A stretch of 63,666 bases of DNA, the filler included, from Octopus bimaculoides (taxonomy: Eukaryota): assembly GCF_001194135.2 (NCBI RefSeq). It is 5 parts of 5 records of this genome, joined end to end, with 100 filler letters (N's around TTAATTAATTAA, not from the genome) between each part and the next. Parts side by side here need not be neighbours in the genome. Positions count along the whole stretch, not along the records: positions 1 to 11,620 come from NC_069006.1; positions 11,721 to 24,558 come from NC_068995.1; 3 more parts are not named here. One strand, 5' to 3'. A model generated the notes under the pieces. It saw only the letters and a list, made by a program, of their open reading frames with translations, did no database searches and was not told the origin of the DNA. The translations under genes were made by a program, and so were the position numbers. Positions 1 through 13,073 of this stretch are shown here, piece by piece. Position 1 is the first letter of the stretch, and the number at the start of each line of letters is the position of its first letter.

Positions 1-485
1 ATATATATATATATATATATACTTATATTTAAACTTCTCGTAAAATAAACATTACTCTACGTGCACAAGGAAACACATACATAATTGATGGCCCTATATG
101 TTGAAGTTATAACCATGAATTATAGTTCAAATACAGCAATTACTAGAAACAATTATTGAACTTAATATAACTACCTGAAACTTAACCACATCAAAGCAAT
201 GTCCATTAAGGTCAACAGAAAGTTTAGTACAATCGTTAGATTTCTATCTATTTAGTTTCTGTCGATTCATACAACTTAGTCTGAAACTGAACCCATATTT
301 AAAATGATGAAAGGAACTTGTTTAAGGTGACGTTCAGGAGATAGGTATCAGAAATACTTGATAGCATAACGATGTTCTAAATTAGAAATTAATGCCCACG
401 GTCATAATCAAGCGATTAACAATTACAATGGTCTGAAATGTCACAGACGTGGAGAAAATGTTCTTGTGCTAATATAAGAAAATAT

Positions 486-775
486 GAAGGCGATAAGCTG
501 GCAGAATAGTTAGCACGCCTGGCAAAATGCTTAGAGGCATTTTGTCAGTCTGTACGTTCTGAGTTCAAATTTTGCCGAAGTCAACCTTTGACTTTCATCC
601 TTTCGGGGTCGATAAAATAAATATGAGTTGATCACTGGGATCAATGTAATCGACTTATAAGTACTGAGGTTGATTCATTCGACTAAAAATTTTTTAAGGC
701 GGTGCTCCAGGATGGTCGCAGCGTGGGCTCATTTTAATGACTGAAACAAGCAAAAAAATAAAGGATACGATCTTC
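486..775 (+). mobile_element. Chimeric SINE: family A head/core followed by family B tail
   Basis: A-box TGGCAGAATAGTTAG, B-box GAGTTCAAATTT and core ctttcatcctttcggggtcgataaa, then B-type tail aaggcggtgctccag...aatgactgaaacaag. Confidence 0.8.
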
Positions 776-1989
776 TCCGGAAGAGATAGCTTAGATAGAT
801 CCCATCGATGCCCTGTCCTCTTCCCAGACCGTTGTAACGGATGCCCTCAATTAACCCTCTACAGCAAGCGGCAGTTGTGTCTTATTCCTGACGTTGTACA
901 GCTTTTTGATTCTTATGAAAGCCGAGAAACTTTCTAGATACCAAAAACCAAACCTCCATCTAAGATTGACCGCTGATTGTAGCCTGTCCAAAGACACCAG
1001 GTGCAAAAGAATATGTCACACGAAGTTAACCCTTAAATATTTCAATCGTTTTCGCCGTCGCAGTCGTTACGGTTGCAATGGTCAGCATATTCCTACAGAT
1101 ACATCAGCTCAGAATTCACCAGCGTATCACATGCTAAATAAAACATATGCTTTCCTACATCACTTACATCTATTGTATACACTAACTCTATATTTCCATG
1201 TAAACACTGGTTGCCTTCATACAACAATTAAAAGAAATACTATATATGCTTTCGTCCATTTGTGCAGCCGTTCGACCACTTAGGCGGCGCCAAGGTTTTG
1301 AACTTTGATCTATAAATCACCAAACACTTAGCGTTAATTTCTTAATTGCTTATTAATTGGGTGCTATATATTGCATTGTAAGCAACATTGATTATCTTCA
1401 CAAAATATATTCATATATTCATTTATTAATTTTACCATTTCTCTTTTATTATAATTATAATTATTATTATTAATATTATTATTATTATTATTATTTTGTC
1501 TTTCCTTTAACAGCTTTGATACTCTGCTGTAAATATTTCATCACAATTACCAAAATTTAAGTATTTTTAGAACAGAGGATTATCATAGCCTTTTCATAAG
1601 GCCATCGTTACTACTTTATAAATTAATGACTAAATTAATTAGATAATCACCATGTTTAATATTATAGAAAATAATAAACTACAGAAAGTTAAAAAATAAT
1701 CAAATATATTAGCCCCTTAACGATACAAGGTTGTTTAATTATTGAATAATTTACTTAGTTAATTGATTTCGGACATTGCAGAGTAAAATGAAATCGATTT
1801 CATCGATTATATATTAATTGACATAAACTTTATCTTGTCGGCATTGTTAAACTAGAAAAGCGAATTATAAACCAGAGGGAACTGCATTCAGTATTTAAAA
1901 TCGTATCACGAAATACGACCTGGTATTGTCGCTGTATCAGTAGAGATACGTTAATTGTTGATAATAACAGTGTGCACTATATGTATATG

Positions 1990-2067
<78 letters not shown>

Positions 2068-2222
2068 CATATATATATACATATATACATACATATATAC
2101 ATACATATGTATATACATATATATGTATGTATCTATTTATCTTATATATCGTTATTAAATGACTTTAAAACACTAATGATGCATATATATATATATATGT
2201 ATATCTAACTCTCAATTTATAC

Positions 2223-2268
<46 letters not shown>

Positions 2269-2646
2269 GCATACACACATGCCTCTATACATATGTGTGT
2301 GTGTGTGTGTGTGGATATAGAGTTTTGTAAATATATGTCTTTGTACATGATGTCGCACACACACCTCATATAGGAATATGCACAAACTCCTATTTACTTA
2401 TGTATATAAGCCATTTATGCATACATACACACACGAATATGTGTGGTTTTGTTTGTGTGTGCGCGTCTGTGTGTATATGTGTTTGTATCTGTGCGTGTGT
2501 GTGTATGTGTGTGTGATTAAATTGTGAATGTATGTACGTTAGATTTTTTTTATTCCTCTCATTTCATTGATTTGTGACCAACCTTTAAAAGTCCATTCAA
2601 GCAGACACGGAATAAAATATGTAAAGGGGAAGTAAAAGGATACTGG

Positions 2647-2677
<31 letters not shown>

Positions 2678-2870
2678 AACAACAAGAACAGAACAGCAAA
2701 AACACCGGTGACAATGTCAATAATGATGATAATGATGATGATGACTGATGATGATGACTGATGATGATGANNNNNNNNNNNNNNNNNNNNNNNNNNNNNN
2801 NNNNNNNNNNNNNNNNNNNNNNNNNNNNNNNNNNNNNNNNNNNNNNNNNNNNNNNNNNNNNNNNNNNNNN

Positions 2871-2913
<43 letters not shown>

Positions 2914-3312
2914 GTGTATACACAGACACTCAACAAAAGCATTCAGGCACCGACACCCGTACACAACCTCGTAAAGTAGCTTATGACATGTCAGTTATTT
3001 CCGAACTTTTAATTTCAATGTCGGTTATCAGAACCGATTAATAAGGATATCGCACACTACGTTTCAGTGACGAGTCTCATAGTCGCCTTCCCGCATAGTG
3101 ACATCCCCTTTGAAGTGGTTCTGACAAGGTGATAAGGTACATGAATGTATTGACTCCATCTTTATACAAGTTATGTTGTAAATACACAATTAGATTACTA
3201 TTAATAAACGTTGTCATGTTTGTTTCTGCTGTTGTTTTTATCATAATTTTTTTTTTACGTTTAATGTTATTATTTTTATTATTGTCTTCCAAATTTTTCT
3301 CATTATTACTAT

Positions 3313-3543
3313 CGTTAGGACGCCACAGAAAATGCTTAGCGGTATTTTCGTTCGTCCGTACGTTCTGAGTTCAAAGCCCACAGAGGTCGACTTTGTTTTT
3401 CATCTTTTCGGGGTCGATAAATTAAGTACCAGTGAAACACTGTGGTCGATACGATCGACTAGCCCCTTCCCCTACAATTTCAAGCCTTGTGCCTACAGCC
3501 GGGAGAATTATTATTATTACTATTATTATTATTATTATTATTA
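3313..3543 (+). mobile_element. tRNA-derived SINE family A with (ATT)n tail
   Basis: gttctgagttcaaa...gaggtcgactttg...ttttcggggtcgataaattaagtaccag...gccttgtgcctac, then ATT repeats. Confidence 0.85.
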
Positions 3544-3545
3544 GT

Positions 3546-3645
3546 GAAGGCTGTGAGCTTGCAGAATAGTTAACACGCCGGGCTAAATACTTAGCGGTAT
3601 TTCGCCCGTCGATACGATCCGAGTTCAAATTTCGCCGTGGTCGAA
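3546..3645 (+). mobile_element. SINE family A head only
   Basis: gagcttgcagaatagttaacacgccgggctaaatacttagcggtatttcg...gagttcaaatttcgccg. Confidence 0.8.
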
Positions 3646-3964
3646 ATTGTTAGCTGTTATGCTTTATTAATCTTTGTATACAAACAACTAACAAAACGTA
3701 GCTGCATTGGCGTCTGTTCATTTGCTTTGATTATTTGTCGGGCGTTTTTAATGATGTCTGAAATCAGTTACATCAGACATTCAAATAGTTTCATCAAACA
3801 CCAGATGATTGATCGTTTAACACACACAAACAACAGTATAAAACACAGTTGTATCAGACACAAAATAGTTGCATCCAACTCTTAAACTCACAAACAGTTC
3901 TGGATAAATCCCAAGTTAGTCAGGTTATCGGAAAGATTTTGGGAAATATATGTATTTATAAAGG

Positions 3965-4001
<37 letters not shown>

Positions 4002-4360
4002 GTGTGCGTGAGTGTTTTTGTGTCTGTATCTGTGTGGGGAGGCGGATTGGAATCATTTTCTCTTCATCTCTGATGCAATTAAACTCAAAACTCATATAAC
4101 TTAACTTGACATTTTTATAACCAGAATAATTGTAGGTCGATAGCTTATCCAATTAACTCCTCCATAGACATACACAAATTTTAATGTTCTTCAACAGTAA
4201 CTCTTTAAACTAATGATGTTACACTTAAATTTGATTAGTTTTCTGTTACAAGATGGTAAAATATTTCGGCCCTAAATTATAAAGTGTCGATGGTATTTTT
4301 TGTTTTCTCACAAAACTCACTTTTTGGAATAATGAATATTCAATATACTATCGACAATAT

Positions 4361-4520
4361 GGCGGCGAGCTGGCAGAAAAGTTAGCACGCCGGGCGAAAT
4401 CCTTAGCGGTATTTCGTCTGTCTTTATGTTCTGAGTTCAAATTCCGCCGAGGTCGACTTTGCCTTTTATCCTTTCGGGGTCGATAAATTAAGTACCAGTC
4501 GCATACTGGGGTGGATCTAA
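4361..4520 (+). mobile_element. SINE family A, well preserved
   Basis: ggcggcgagctggcagaaaagttagcacgccgggcgaaat...gagttcaaattccgccgaggtcgactttgccttttatcctttcggggtcgataaattaagtaccag. Confidence 0.88.
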
Positions 4521-4535
4521 TATACATGTATATAC

Positions 4536-4605
<70 letters not shown>

Positions 4606-5039
4606 TTGTATATATATATGCATATATGTATATATATGTGCATATGTATATACATGTATATTTATATATATTTATATATACATACATGTATACATGTGTA
4701 TATTTGTGTGTGTGTGTATCTGCCTGTCTGTCGGGATGCGTTTTTCATGGGAGTGCTCCAGCTAAATCTCAGACTAATGAATGAAGCTTGAGATAGAATA
4801 GAATTGTACAAGAGTAACAGTATTGTGTGACATCTAATAAATAATTTTAGATAGATAGATAGGTAAGTAGACAGACAGACAAATAGATAAATAGACATAT
4901 TGATTGTGGTGGAGAAAGAGAAATAAAGAGAGAGAGAGAGAGAAAGGGTGAGAAGAATACAAAATGGTGAATGTGAGTCGGAATCTTGCAAACTAATTTG
5001 TAAAAGGAAGAAATGTGGCCTCACGAGGCGACGCAGATT

Positions 5040-5078
<39 letters not shown>

Positions 5079-5651
5079 TGTGTGTGTGTGTGTGTGTGTG
5101 TAGTATTTGTCTTTAATCGTAGCTTTTTGTGTCAGGAATGCCACAGTCGGTGGCCAGACATTTCCTGCCTAATTAACTTGAAGAATGACAACAACTTACA
5201 TCCATCCCCTTCCATCCCTTCTAACTTTATTCTTCATTCATCCTCTCTACTCAATTCTACACTTCAGTTCTCGCTCGCTCGCTCGCTCTCNNNNNNNNNN
5301 NNNNNNNNNNNNNNNNNNNNNNNNNNNNNNNNNNNNNNNNNNNNNNNNNNNNNNNNNNNNNNNNNNNNNNNNNNNNNNNNNNNNNNNNNNNNNNNNNNNN
5401 NNNNNNNNNNNNNNNNNNNNNNNNNNNNNNNNNNNNNNNNNNNNNNNNNNNNNNNNNNNNNNNNNNNNNNNNNNNNNNNNNNNNNNNNNNNNNNNNNNNN
5501 NNNNNNNNNNNNNNNNNNNNNNNNNNNNNNNNNNNNNNNNNNNNNNNNNNNNNNNNNNNNNNNNNNNNNNNNNNNNNNNNNNNNNNNNNNATACGTGAGT
5601 AGGTAGATTGGCAGATAGGTTTAAAAATAGGTATGTATGTATGTATGTATA

Positions 5652-5694
<43 letters not shown>

Positions 5695-5696
<2 letters not shown>

Positions 5697-5765
5697 AGGC
5701 TCAATGGCCCAGTGGTTAGGGCAGCGGACTCGCGGTAGTAGGATGGTGATTCGACGATTTCCTCT
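5695..5765 (+). mobile_element. tRNA-like head of a third SINE family (C)
   Basis: ggaggctcaatggcccagtggttagggcagcggactcgcgg: A-box TGGCCCAGTGGTTAG and a degenerate B-box. Confidence 0.6.
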
Positions 5766-6065
5766 CACAGCTGTACGCACATCTGCGATGTTTTCTCAGT
5801 TCTGCTGCTTGTGGGTCTCCCAAAGCGTTCATCATTATCGACAATTTTTTCGGCCATCTTCGAAACGTCTCAACCACTAGTACACATCACATTGCTTAAT
5901 TAAATGGAGTCGCATGGAACGATCGTACTGCATTAAATTTGGATATCATTGTTGCTTATTTTGACTTTAAATCACCTTATTTTGAAACTGTATGGATAAT
6001 ACCATCTTAATTATGGTGCCTAAACTTAAGTACCATATTCACCTTGTGTCTATATGCATATATAT

Positions 6066-6100
<35 letters not shown>

Positions 6101-7194
6101 TACTTGCATAAGCATACAGACAACTAGACAGAGAGACTGAGAGACAGACAAAGGGGCAGATACGCCAGATTTCGTCTTCACCAAGCGGTGATTTACATTG
6201 ATATAAGTCAACTAGCGTCACTATGCGACATACACTGATACAGTACTATAGCATACACACGACACCAGTTCAGTCTGCATTCATTCATTACAAACACACA
6301 CCCATACACACTCATATATACATATATATACACACACCAAGACAGACACTACAACGCATTACAAGGTTATCAAATCTCAGTTGCCACGTATCACTGCTTC
6401 ATATACATAAAGACGGAAACACGAAGAAAAAACAAATCATATTTTTGTGTATAAATAAACAAACAATAACAACATGAACAATGACAATACAAGCATCAAC
6501 AACAACAACAATTATAATAATAATTACACGAACATTGCCAGGAGCAATTCCAGCGGTATCACCAATATCAATAACTAGATCAGAAGCAAGGTTAACAGCG
6601 GGAGGTTTCGCCAGCCGTTTTGACTCATAATTCTTACATATGTTTAAAGACTCGTCTCAGATATCTGTATTCAACGTGCGTGGAAGTGAGTGGTGTATGA
6701 ATGAATATACGTATGTAATGTGTATGTGTGTAAGTGGTGTGTGTATGTGAATGTGGAGGAGTGTGGGAGTGTGGGTGAGATGATATACGCATATTTGATA
6801 TATGACCTCACACACACACACACACACACACNNNNNNNNNNNNNNNNNNNNNNNNNNNNNNNNNNNNNNNNNNNNNNNNNNNNNNNNNNNNNNNNNNNNN
6901 NNNNNNNNNNNNNNNNNNNNNNNNNNNNNNNNNNNNNNNNNNNNNNNNNNNNNNNNNNNNNNNNNNNNNNNNNNNNNNNNNNNNNNNNNNNNNNNNNNNN
7001 NNNNNNNNNNNNNNNNNNNNNNNNNNNNNNNNNNNNNNNNNNNNNNNNNNNNNNNNNNNNNNNNNNNNNNNNNNNNNNNNNNNNNNNNNNNNNNNNNNNN
7101 NNNNNNNNNNNNNNNNNNNNNNNNNNNNNNNNNNNNNNNNNNNNNNNNNNNNNNNNNNNNNNNNNNAGAGAGAGAGATACGTAAAGAGATATCG

Positions 7195-7280
7195 TTTCTT
7201 CTGTTATTCTTTTACTTTTTTCAGTCAATTGACTGTGGCCCTGCTGGAGCACCGACTTTTAGTCGAACAAATCGATTCTA
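7195..7280 (-). mobile_element. SINE family B tail fragment
   Basis: Reverse complement reads gatttgttcgactaaaagtcggtgctccagcagggccacagtcaattgactgaaaaaagtaaaaag. Confidence 0.75.
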
Positions 7281-7445
7281 GCAGAATCGTTAGTACGCCG
7301 GGCGAAATGCTTAGCGGTATTTCGTCTGCCGATATGTTCTGAGTTCAAATGCCGCCAAGGTCGGCTTTGCCTTTCATCCTTTCGGGGTCGATAAATTAAG
7401 TACCAGTGAAACACTGCAATTGATGTAATTAACTAGTTCCCTCTC
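7281..7445 (+). mobile_element. SINE family A
   Basis: gcagaatcgttagtacgccgggcgaaatgcttagcggtatttcg...ctttcatcctttcggggtcgataaattaagtaccag. Confidence 0.88.
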
Positions 7446-7448
7446 TTA

Positions 7449-7690
7449 ATTATATAATCTATAGAGTTTATTAAAATATATTTTAGGAATTACGCAACAC
7501 CGTTTTTGATCGGTTTCGTTACACCCAACACGTTACTTTAATTATATGATTCGCAACAAGGTGTAAATTTACTCCTAGCAGGGTAAACAGTTGCTTGGTA
7601 GGGGGTTAAATATATATACATTATTATATAATTTATAGAGTTTATTAAAATATATTTTTGAAGTTACGCAACGACACTTTGCTTGGAGGG
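7449..7690. repeat. Imperfect tandem duplication (about 175-bp period)
   Basis: ttatataat(c/t)tatagagtttattaaaatatattt...ttacgcaac occurs at about 7450 and about 7625. Confidence 0.7.
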
Positions 7691-7989
7691 AGTCATGTAT
7701 ATTTTGCAACGGAAAGGGTTATAGCGAAGAATCATACGTATAATTAATGACGTAACGGTAAATAATTAATTAGAATGTGTGACAATTTTATTTATGTTAT
7801 ATATACTATATACAGGGGTGTGTGAGAAATTCCTAATAAAACTGGCAGTTTCTTGTCAGTCATTAAATATTCACACATCTGATTCCCAGTTTGTGTAATT
7901 TTTCTGCTATTACGTGATCACACGTGCTCGACCTGGCTATCAGATGTTTTTACACATCGCTGGTCACAATGCGTTTTTTCATTGTTTTA

Positions 7990-8145
7990 GCCCGCCAATG
8001 ACGCCACCCCGCTGGTTAGGTAAGCAGGCCAGCACTTCACTCCCATCCTGATCGAAAAGAAGACTGGTGAAACGTGAAATGAAAAGTTTTGCTCAAAAAG
8101 ACTACGCGCCGCCCAGTCCGGGAATCGAACCCACGATCTACCGTC
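7990..8145 (-). mobile_element. tRNA-derived SINE fragment (family C-like)
   Basis: Reverse complement has B-box GGGTTCGATTCCC followed by CORE-like ttgagcaaaacttttcatttcacg. Confidence 0.6.
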
Positions 8146-8460
8146 TTTGATAACTCATAAAATATGTACGAATTCTCAAACTAAGACGGATTTAATTCTC
8201 TTCACGAATCTCCCGTAAAAAATTATACCTCTTTTGAAGTCTCGAACCAGGTATCAAGTCACTGAAGTATATCTTTCTTGATAACTCTATTTGCTAGAAA
8301 TATCAGTGCCATACTTTCAGATCACGACCGTTCTTTGAAAAAGCAAGCAAAAGACGGGAAGCGCTGTTGTTCATCGATCTGTCCATCGAGGCTACTCTCG
8401 ATTAAAAAAAAAAAACAGTAGTAACAGCCGCAGCAGCTACATCAACAACAACAAGAATAA

Positions 8461-8632
8461 CTATTTTCTACTCTAGGCACAAGGACCGAAATTTTTCTTT
8501 CTTTCTATCGACCCCTAAAGGACGAAAGGCAAAGTTGACCTTGGCGGAATTTGAACTCAAAACGTAAAGACAGACGAAATAACGCTAAGCATTTCGCCCG
8601 GTGTGCTAACGTTTCTGCCAGCTCGCCGTCTT
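8461..8632 (-). mobile_element. SINE family A with internal deletion
   Basis: Reverse complement of head and core (ctgccagctcgccg; gaatttgaactc; gacgaaaggcaaagttgacc) plus tail ctctaggcacaagg. Confidence 0.85.
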
Positions 8633-9123
8633 TTTTTCAAAAAAGCGAAAATAGAAACAAAAATTCGAGGAGAAAATAACCCAATGGACAATGTAGGATT
8701 CGAACAAGCAACGTCAAATATAACAGACACGCATATTGCCGTGCACGAGGCAACTATTTTGCAGCTCTTCAGTAACAATCCAGAAAACAGTGTTCCACTG
8801 ACTCATTAAGGGTTGGACAGTTTAAGGTTTAAAGTCAAGGCTCGGGGGTCAAAGTGCAAGGGTGACAGGTCAGAGAAGACTGACAGATGTTGGTGTTGTG
8901 TTAAACTTAGGGTCAACAGATGCGGAGGAAAAAGGAAAAGCTATATATATGTATATACACACACATATATATATATATGTATATATGAATATGTATACAC
9001 ATAAATGCATATGCATACATATGTGCATGTATATATATGTATATACACTCATATATATATATATATATATATACAATACATATATATATATATAGATGTG
9101 TATGCATATAGATACTCACACAC

Positions 9124-9158
<35 letters not shown>

Positions 9159-9256
9159 GAGTTTATAAACGTATAGATACATGTTTATATGTTATACACA
9201 CATATATATATGTTCATATATGTGTGTTAGCGTATGTGTGTTATCTAAATATATGT

Positions 9257-9325
<69 letters not shown>

Positions 9326-9825
9326 GCTGTATATATAATGTGACCGCATGTATATGTATGTATGTATGTGTGTATGTATTAGTGTATGTATGTATGTATA
9401 TGTACGTGTATGTATATCTATGCAAGCATCTCTGGTGCTTCTATAAATCACATAATACAATGATGCATCATGGGAAAAAACATTAAACAGAGAAGAACTA
9501 TTGATTGTTTCTTATCTCTCATTTTCAGCCTCTCGCTGTCCCCGTCTTCCTCTCTCTCCCTCTCTCTCTCTCTTTCTCTCTCTCTGTCTCTCTCAAAGTT
9601 TCCTACACTTACTCTCCTTCTTTGCGTCTCTCTTCTCCCTCTGCCACTGTACTGGGTCTCTTTCTCTCCTCCTCTCAATCTCTTCTCTCATTCTATCCTT
9701 TGCCTTCATCTTACTATAAGCTTTCTCTTTGTCTTTGACTTCCTCTTTATATATTAGTCTCTCCTTTTTCTCTGTCTCTCTCCCCCTCTCTCTCTATATA
9801 TATAGCCATATACATATATATATAT

Positions 9826-9874
<49 letters not shown>

Positions 9875-10219
9875 TCTTTTGGTTTCAGTTTTCTCTTGTT
9901 TGATTTTTCTTTGCATCTTCTTTGTTTTCTTTTCTATTTAATTTCATTTTCTCTTTTCGTTCTTTTCCTTTTTACTTTCTTCTCTTCTTTCTTCTTCTCC
10001 TTTTAGTCTCTCCATTTTGTTTTTTCCTCTGCATATTTCCTATTATCCCTCAAAATCCTTTCTTTCTGTCGATCCTCCGTCTCTTCTATTCTCTGCATCA
10101 CTCTCTCTCTCTCTCTCTCTCTCTCTTTGCAATCTCCCTCTCTCTCTTTCAAATATTGATTTCTTACTTATATACACTCAGTAGCCGCAAACTTTTGGAG
10201 AGGAGGAGGAGGACCATAG

Positions 10220-10312
10220 CCGATTAAATCGAAATCAATATTTAACAGACACTTATTTGATCGATCTTAGAATAATGAAAGGCGAAATCAAACCCTGCGG
10301 GATTTGAACTCA
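10220..10312 (-). mobile_element. Degraded SINE family A fragment
   Basis: atgaaaggcgaaatcaaaccctgcgggatttgaactca resembles the reverse complement of B-box plus core. Confidence 0.55.
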
Positions 10313-10919
10313 TCTCTGAAAAATATGAACCATATTAACCTTGTTCTGTAACATCTAACCCCTAGTCCGTGGGGTCTTAGAAATGTTTACGAAAAGCGTG
10401 CCCTGAACCGCCTCTTCAGATTAAATTGAAACAAAATGGCGGACCCTCATTGTATTCTCATAATTCTTTGGTTTTTATTTTAGTTTTCTGTAGTATCATA
10501 TTTCGATCTGTCCGTGGACGTTTCTAATAGATTATCCTTTTTTTTTTTTTAGTGAGAAGCCTTTAACTTGTAGATCAATCCTTTTCTATTTCTACAGAAA
10601 ATGGTATTTTGAATGATCTCCCGTGACTCTTCAAAGAATACAGCATAAGCAGTTAGGAAAATCAACACCAGAGCTCTTTCGGAATTTGTTAATAAATATA
10701 ATCAACGAATAGAAAGTAACAGGTAAAAATACTTGATGGATCTCAACAAAAAATCTTTTCTATTCATCTGGGAAAATTCGGCGATAAGTTCAGAGAGTTT
10801 GTCAAAGAAGTCTAAGGTGCCATAAGTCAGTCCTCTACACGCTTGTGATCAGTTTCCATGGCTACAGTAATCATATTTTATTTGATCAGATTTTGCATTT
10901 GATTATTTCATTTTATAAG

Positions 10920-11040
10920 AAGGCGAGCTGGCAGAGCCGTTTGCTCACCGGACTAAATGGTCGGGATCGATAAAATAAGTACTACTCAAGTACTGGGGTC
11001 GGTAGTATCGACTTAACCTCTCCCTTATACAAAATAAGGC
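10920..11040 (+). mobile_element. SINE family A, internally deleted
   Basis: ggcgagctggcagagccgtt...gatcgataaaataagtac...tactggggtcggtagtatcgactt. Confidence 0.7.
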
Positions 11041-11574
11041 TAGCTTTTTGCCAAAATATGAATCGATAATACCCGTGCATGGGATATTTCCGTTTACTTT
11101 CGATGTATCGGCATTCGATACATTTGTTTACGATCATATATGTGTAAATGTGTATGAGTACGTGTTTGTGTGTGTTTGTGTGTGTGAATTTGTAAGCTTG
11201 TGTATTTGGGGGGTAAATCGCGAAGTTATGAGAAACGAAGGGAAAAATATTTCCACTTTCCTTCTTACATCAGTCACATATAACGTAATTTATGCTTGCG
11301 TACATATACGCTTATGTGTTCGAGTGGATGTGCATGATTTTCTCTCCTCTTTCAATCGGTCCTTCTTTCTTTCTTTCTTTCTTTATTTATGTATTTATTT
11401 CTCCTCCGTTCATTGTCATGTCTTACTCTTTCTCACCTCTTCCCGTCACGCCTATTCTTTCAGTCTTCCCCTCTTAATCTTCTCTGTATGTCAACTATCT
11501 CAACCATATCTTTCTCCATGGACTCTGACGCTAGTACTTTGGGCTCTCTTTTTCGGCTGTCTTTAAATCCACAC

Positions 11575-11620
<46 letters not shown>

Positions 11621-11720
11621 NNNNNNNNNNNNNNNNNNNNNNNNNNNNNNNNNNNNNNNNNNNNTTAATTAATTAANNNNNNNNNNNNNNNNNNNNNNNN
11701 NNNNNNNNNNNNNNNNNNNN
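11621..11720. other. Artificial 100-bp scaffold joiner (44N-TTAATTAATTAA-44N)
   Basis: Same construction at four places; the 12-mer places stops in all six frames. Confidence 0.95.
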
Positions 11721-12335
11721 ATATATATATATATATATATATAATGTTAACTAGTGTAAGTTGATGAACAGGAGATAAACAGAAAACAAACAGTATGATA
11801 CTCAAATATTTGCTGGTATATTATAACATTTATGCTTCCATGGACTAACAGGAAATGATGATATCCTGTTCATTTCTGACATTTACATTTAATACAGAAA
11901 TATTTTATGCAACAAAATTAGCTTACTGAAAAAGATATTTAACTTATGTATCATAAAATATAAAAATATTTTGTTATGAATACTTTTTCATGTCTTTGAA
12001 ATTATATAATAGATTAATTTAGGAAACAGAAATATAACATTCTATACACTTCTTGTTGTATTTAAGTAACTTTTTTATAAAAAAATTATATGTAGTGGTA
12101 ACTGAATGACCTTTACTCATGATGTACATTCAAAACTATTATCTAATGAGAAAAAGCATTTTTATCCCATTACAAACATGATAAATCTACCAAAGCATTA
12201 ATTTGTGATGTGGGTTCTACTTCTACTTGATATTTACTTTCCTTTTACTTTTTGTTAAGTTTTGTGTATGTACATAGTTGACGTAGATAAATATATTAAG
12301 TGATTCATACTCTGAAATAAAGAGAGGTTACTTAC

Positions 12336-12460
12336 CCGAAGGAGGTTATTACTGAGTGTGAGAACCTCAAGCTTTTGTAGATCTTGAATATCTTCAGGAA
12401 TCTTGGATAGTTGATTTGTACCTAGATTTAATTCTACCATATTTAACCAAGTTCCAATGT
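12336..12460 (-). CDS. SHOC2: SHOC2 next coding exon (125 bp), leucine-rich repeats
   Basis: ttcag acceptor; G+AC rebuilds Asp, then [41 protein letters not shown] (human as recalled: [42 protein letters not shown]). CGG|gtaagt donor at 12335, phase 0. Confidence 0.93.
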
Positions 12461-12553
12461 CTGAATATGCAGAAAGAATAAAATAATTTAATTTTAAAAT
12501 ATCATTAATTAATAAAATAAATGTTAAGAATAAATTGTGATTATAAAACTTAC
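12461..12553 (-). other. SHOC2: 93-bp GT-AG intron between the two SHOC2 exons
   Basis: gtaagt...ttcag, about 86% AT. Its removal restores the contiguous LPL-D-IGTW match to SHOC2. Confidence 0.92.
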
Positions 12554-12668
12554 CCAAAGGTAATGATGTTAACTGATTGTCTTTCATATTGAGCTTTGTC
12601 AAATATTGGGCCCGAGAAAATATACCATAAGGAATTTTGTTTATTTGATTCTGTTCCAGGTTGATTGA
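12554..12668 (-). CDS. SHOC2: SHOC2 internal coding exon (115 bp), leucine-rich repeats
   Basis: Translates [38 protein letters not shown](G), matching as recalled human SHOC2 [38 protein letters not shown]. Polypyrimidine+tag acceptor ends at 12669; G|gtaagt donor starts at 12553 (phase 1). Confidence 0.93.
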
Positions 12669-13073
12669 CTAAAATAAAAAAAAAATTATGTTATAATAAT
12701 GAATAAAAACGTTTTTGAAACAAATTAAATATTTCTATTGACACTGTCAAAGTACTTGCAGCAGCTTAGGTGGTAGACTTAATCCATCACCTAGTTTAAA
12801 CCACTTGGTTCTTGGGTGCATTTAGTAGAGTTAACTCTTTCCATACACAGAGTCAAGTTCAAAAGTGTTTTGCTAGTAAAAGTCAGTATGATGAAGATGC
12901 TATATTTCACAAAAGAACTGACAAAGACCGGCAATATGCAGTACTACAGAAGATCTGTAAGATCTGTCCACCTGCAATAAAACATCCTCTAACACAAGGG
13001 TAGTGTTTAAGAAGCATAGCAGAATCATTAGCACACTAGGCAAAGTGTTTAATCGCGATTAAACACTTTGCCT

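Noticed and set aside
10430-10445. YY1-type AAAATGGCGG as a promoter
   Set aside because: Isolated motif amid repeat fragments, also common in DNA-transposon ends; no other promoter evidence.
11665-11676. TTAATTAATTAA islands as a conserved motif or homeobox-site array
   Set aside because: Always centred in exactly 44+44 Ns; an artificial six-frame-stop linker.
12255-12602. Single 115-aa ORF as a complete LRR protein
   Set aside because: It is read-through of two exons, a 93-bp intron and downstream intron. The TTG start is internal and the true exon begins at 12668.
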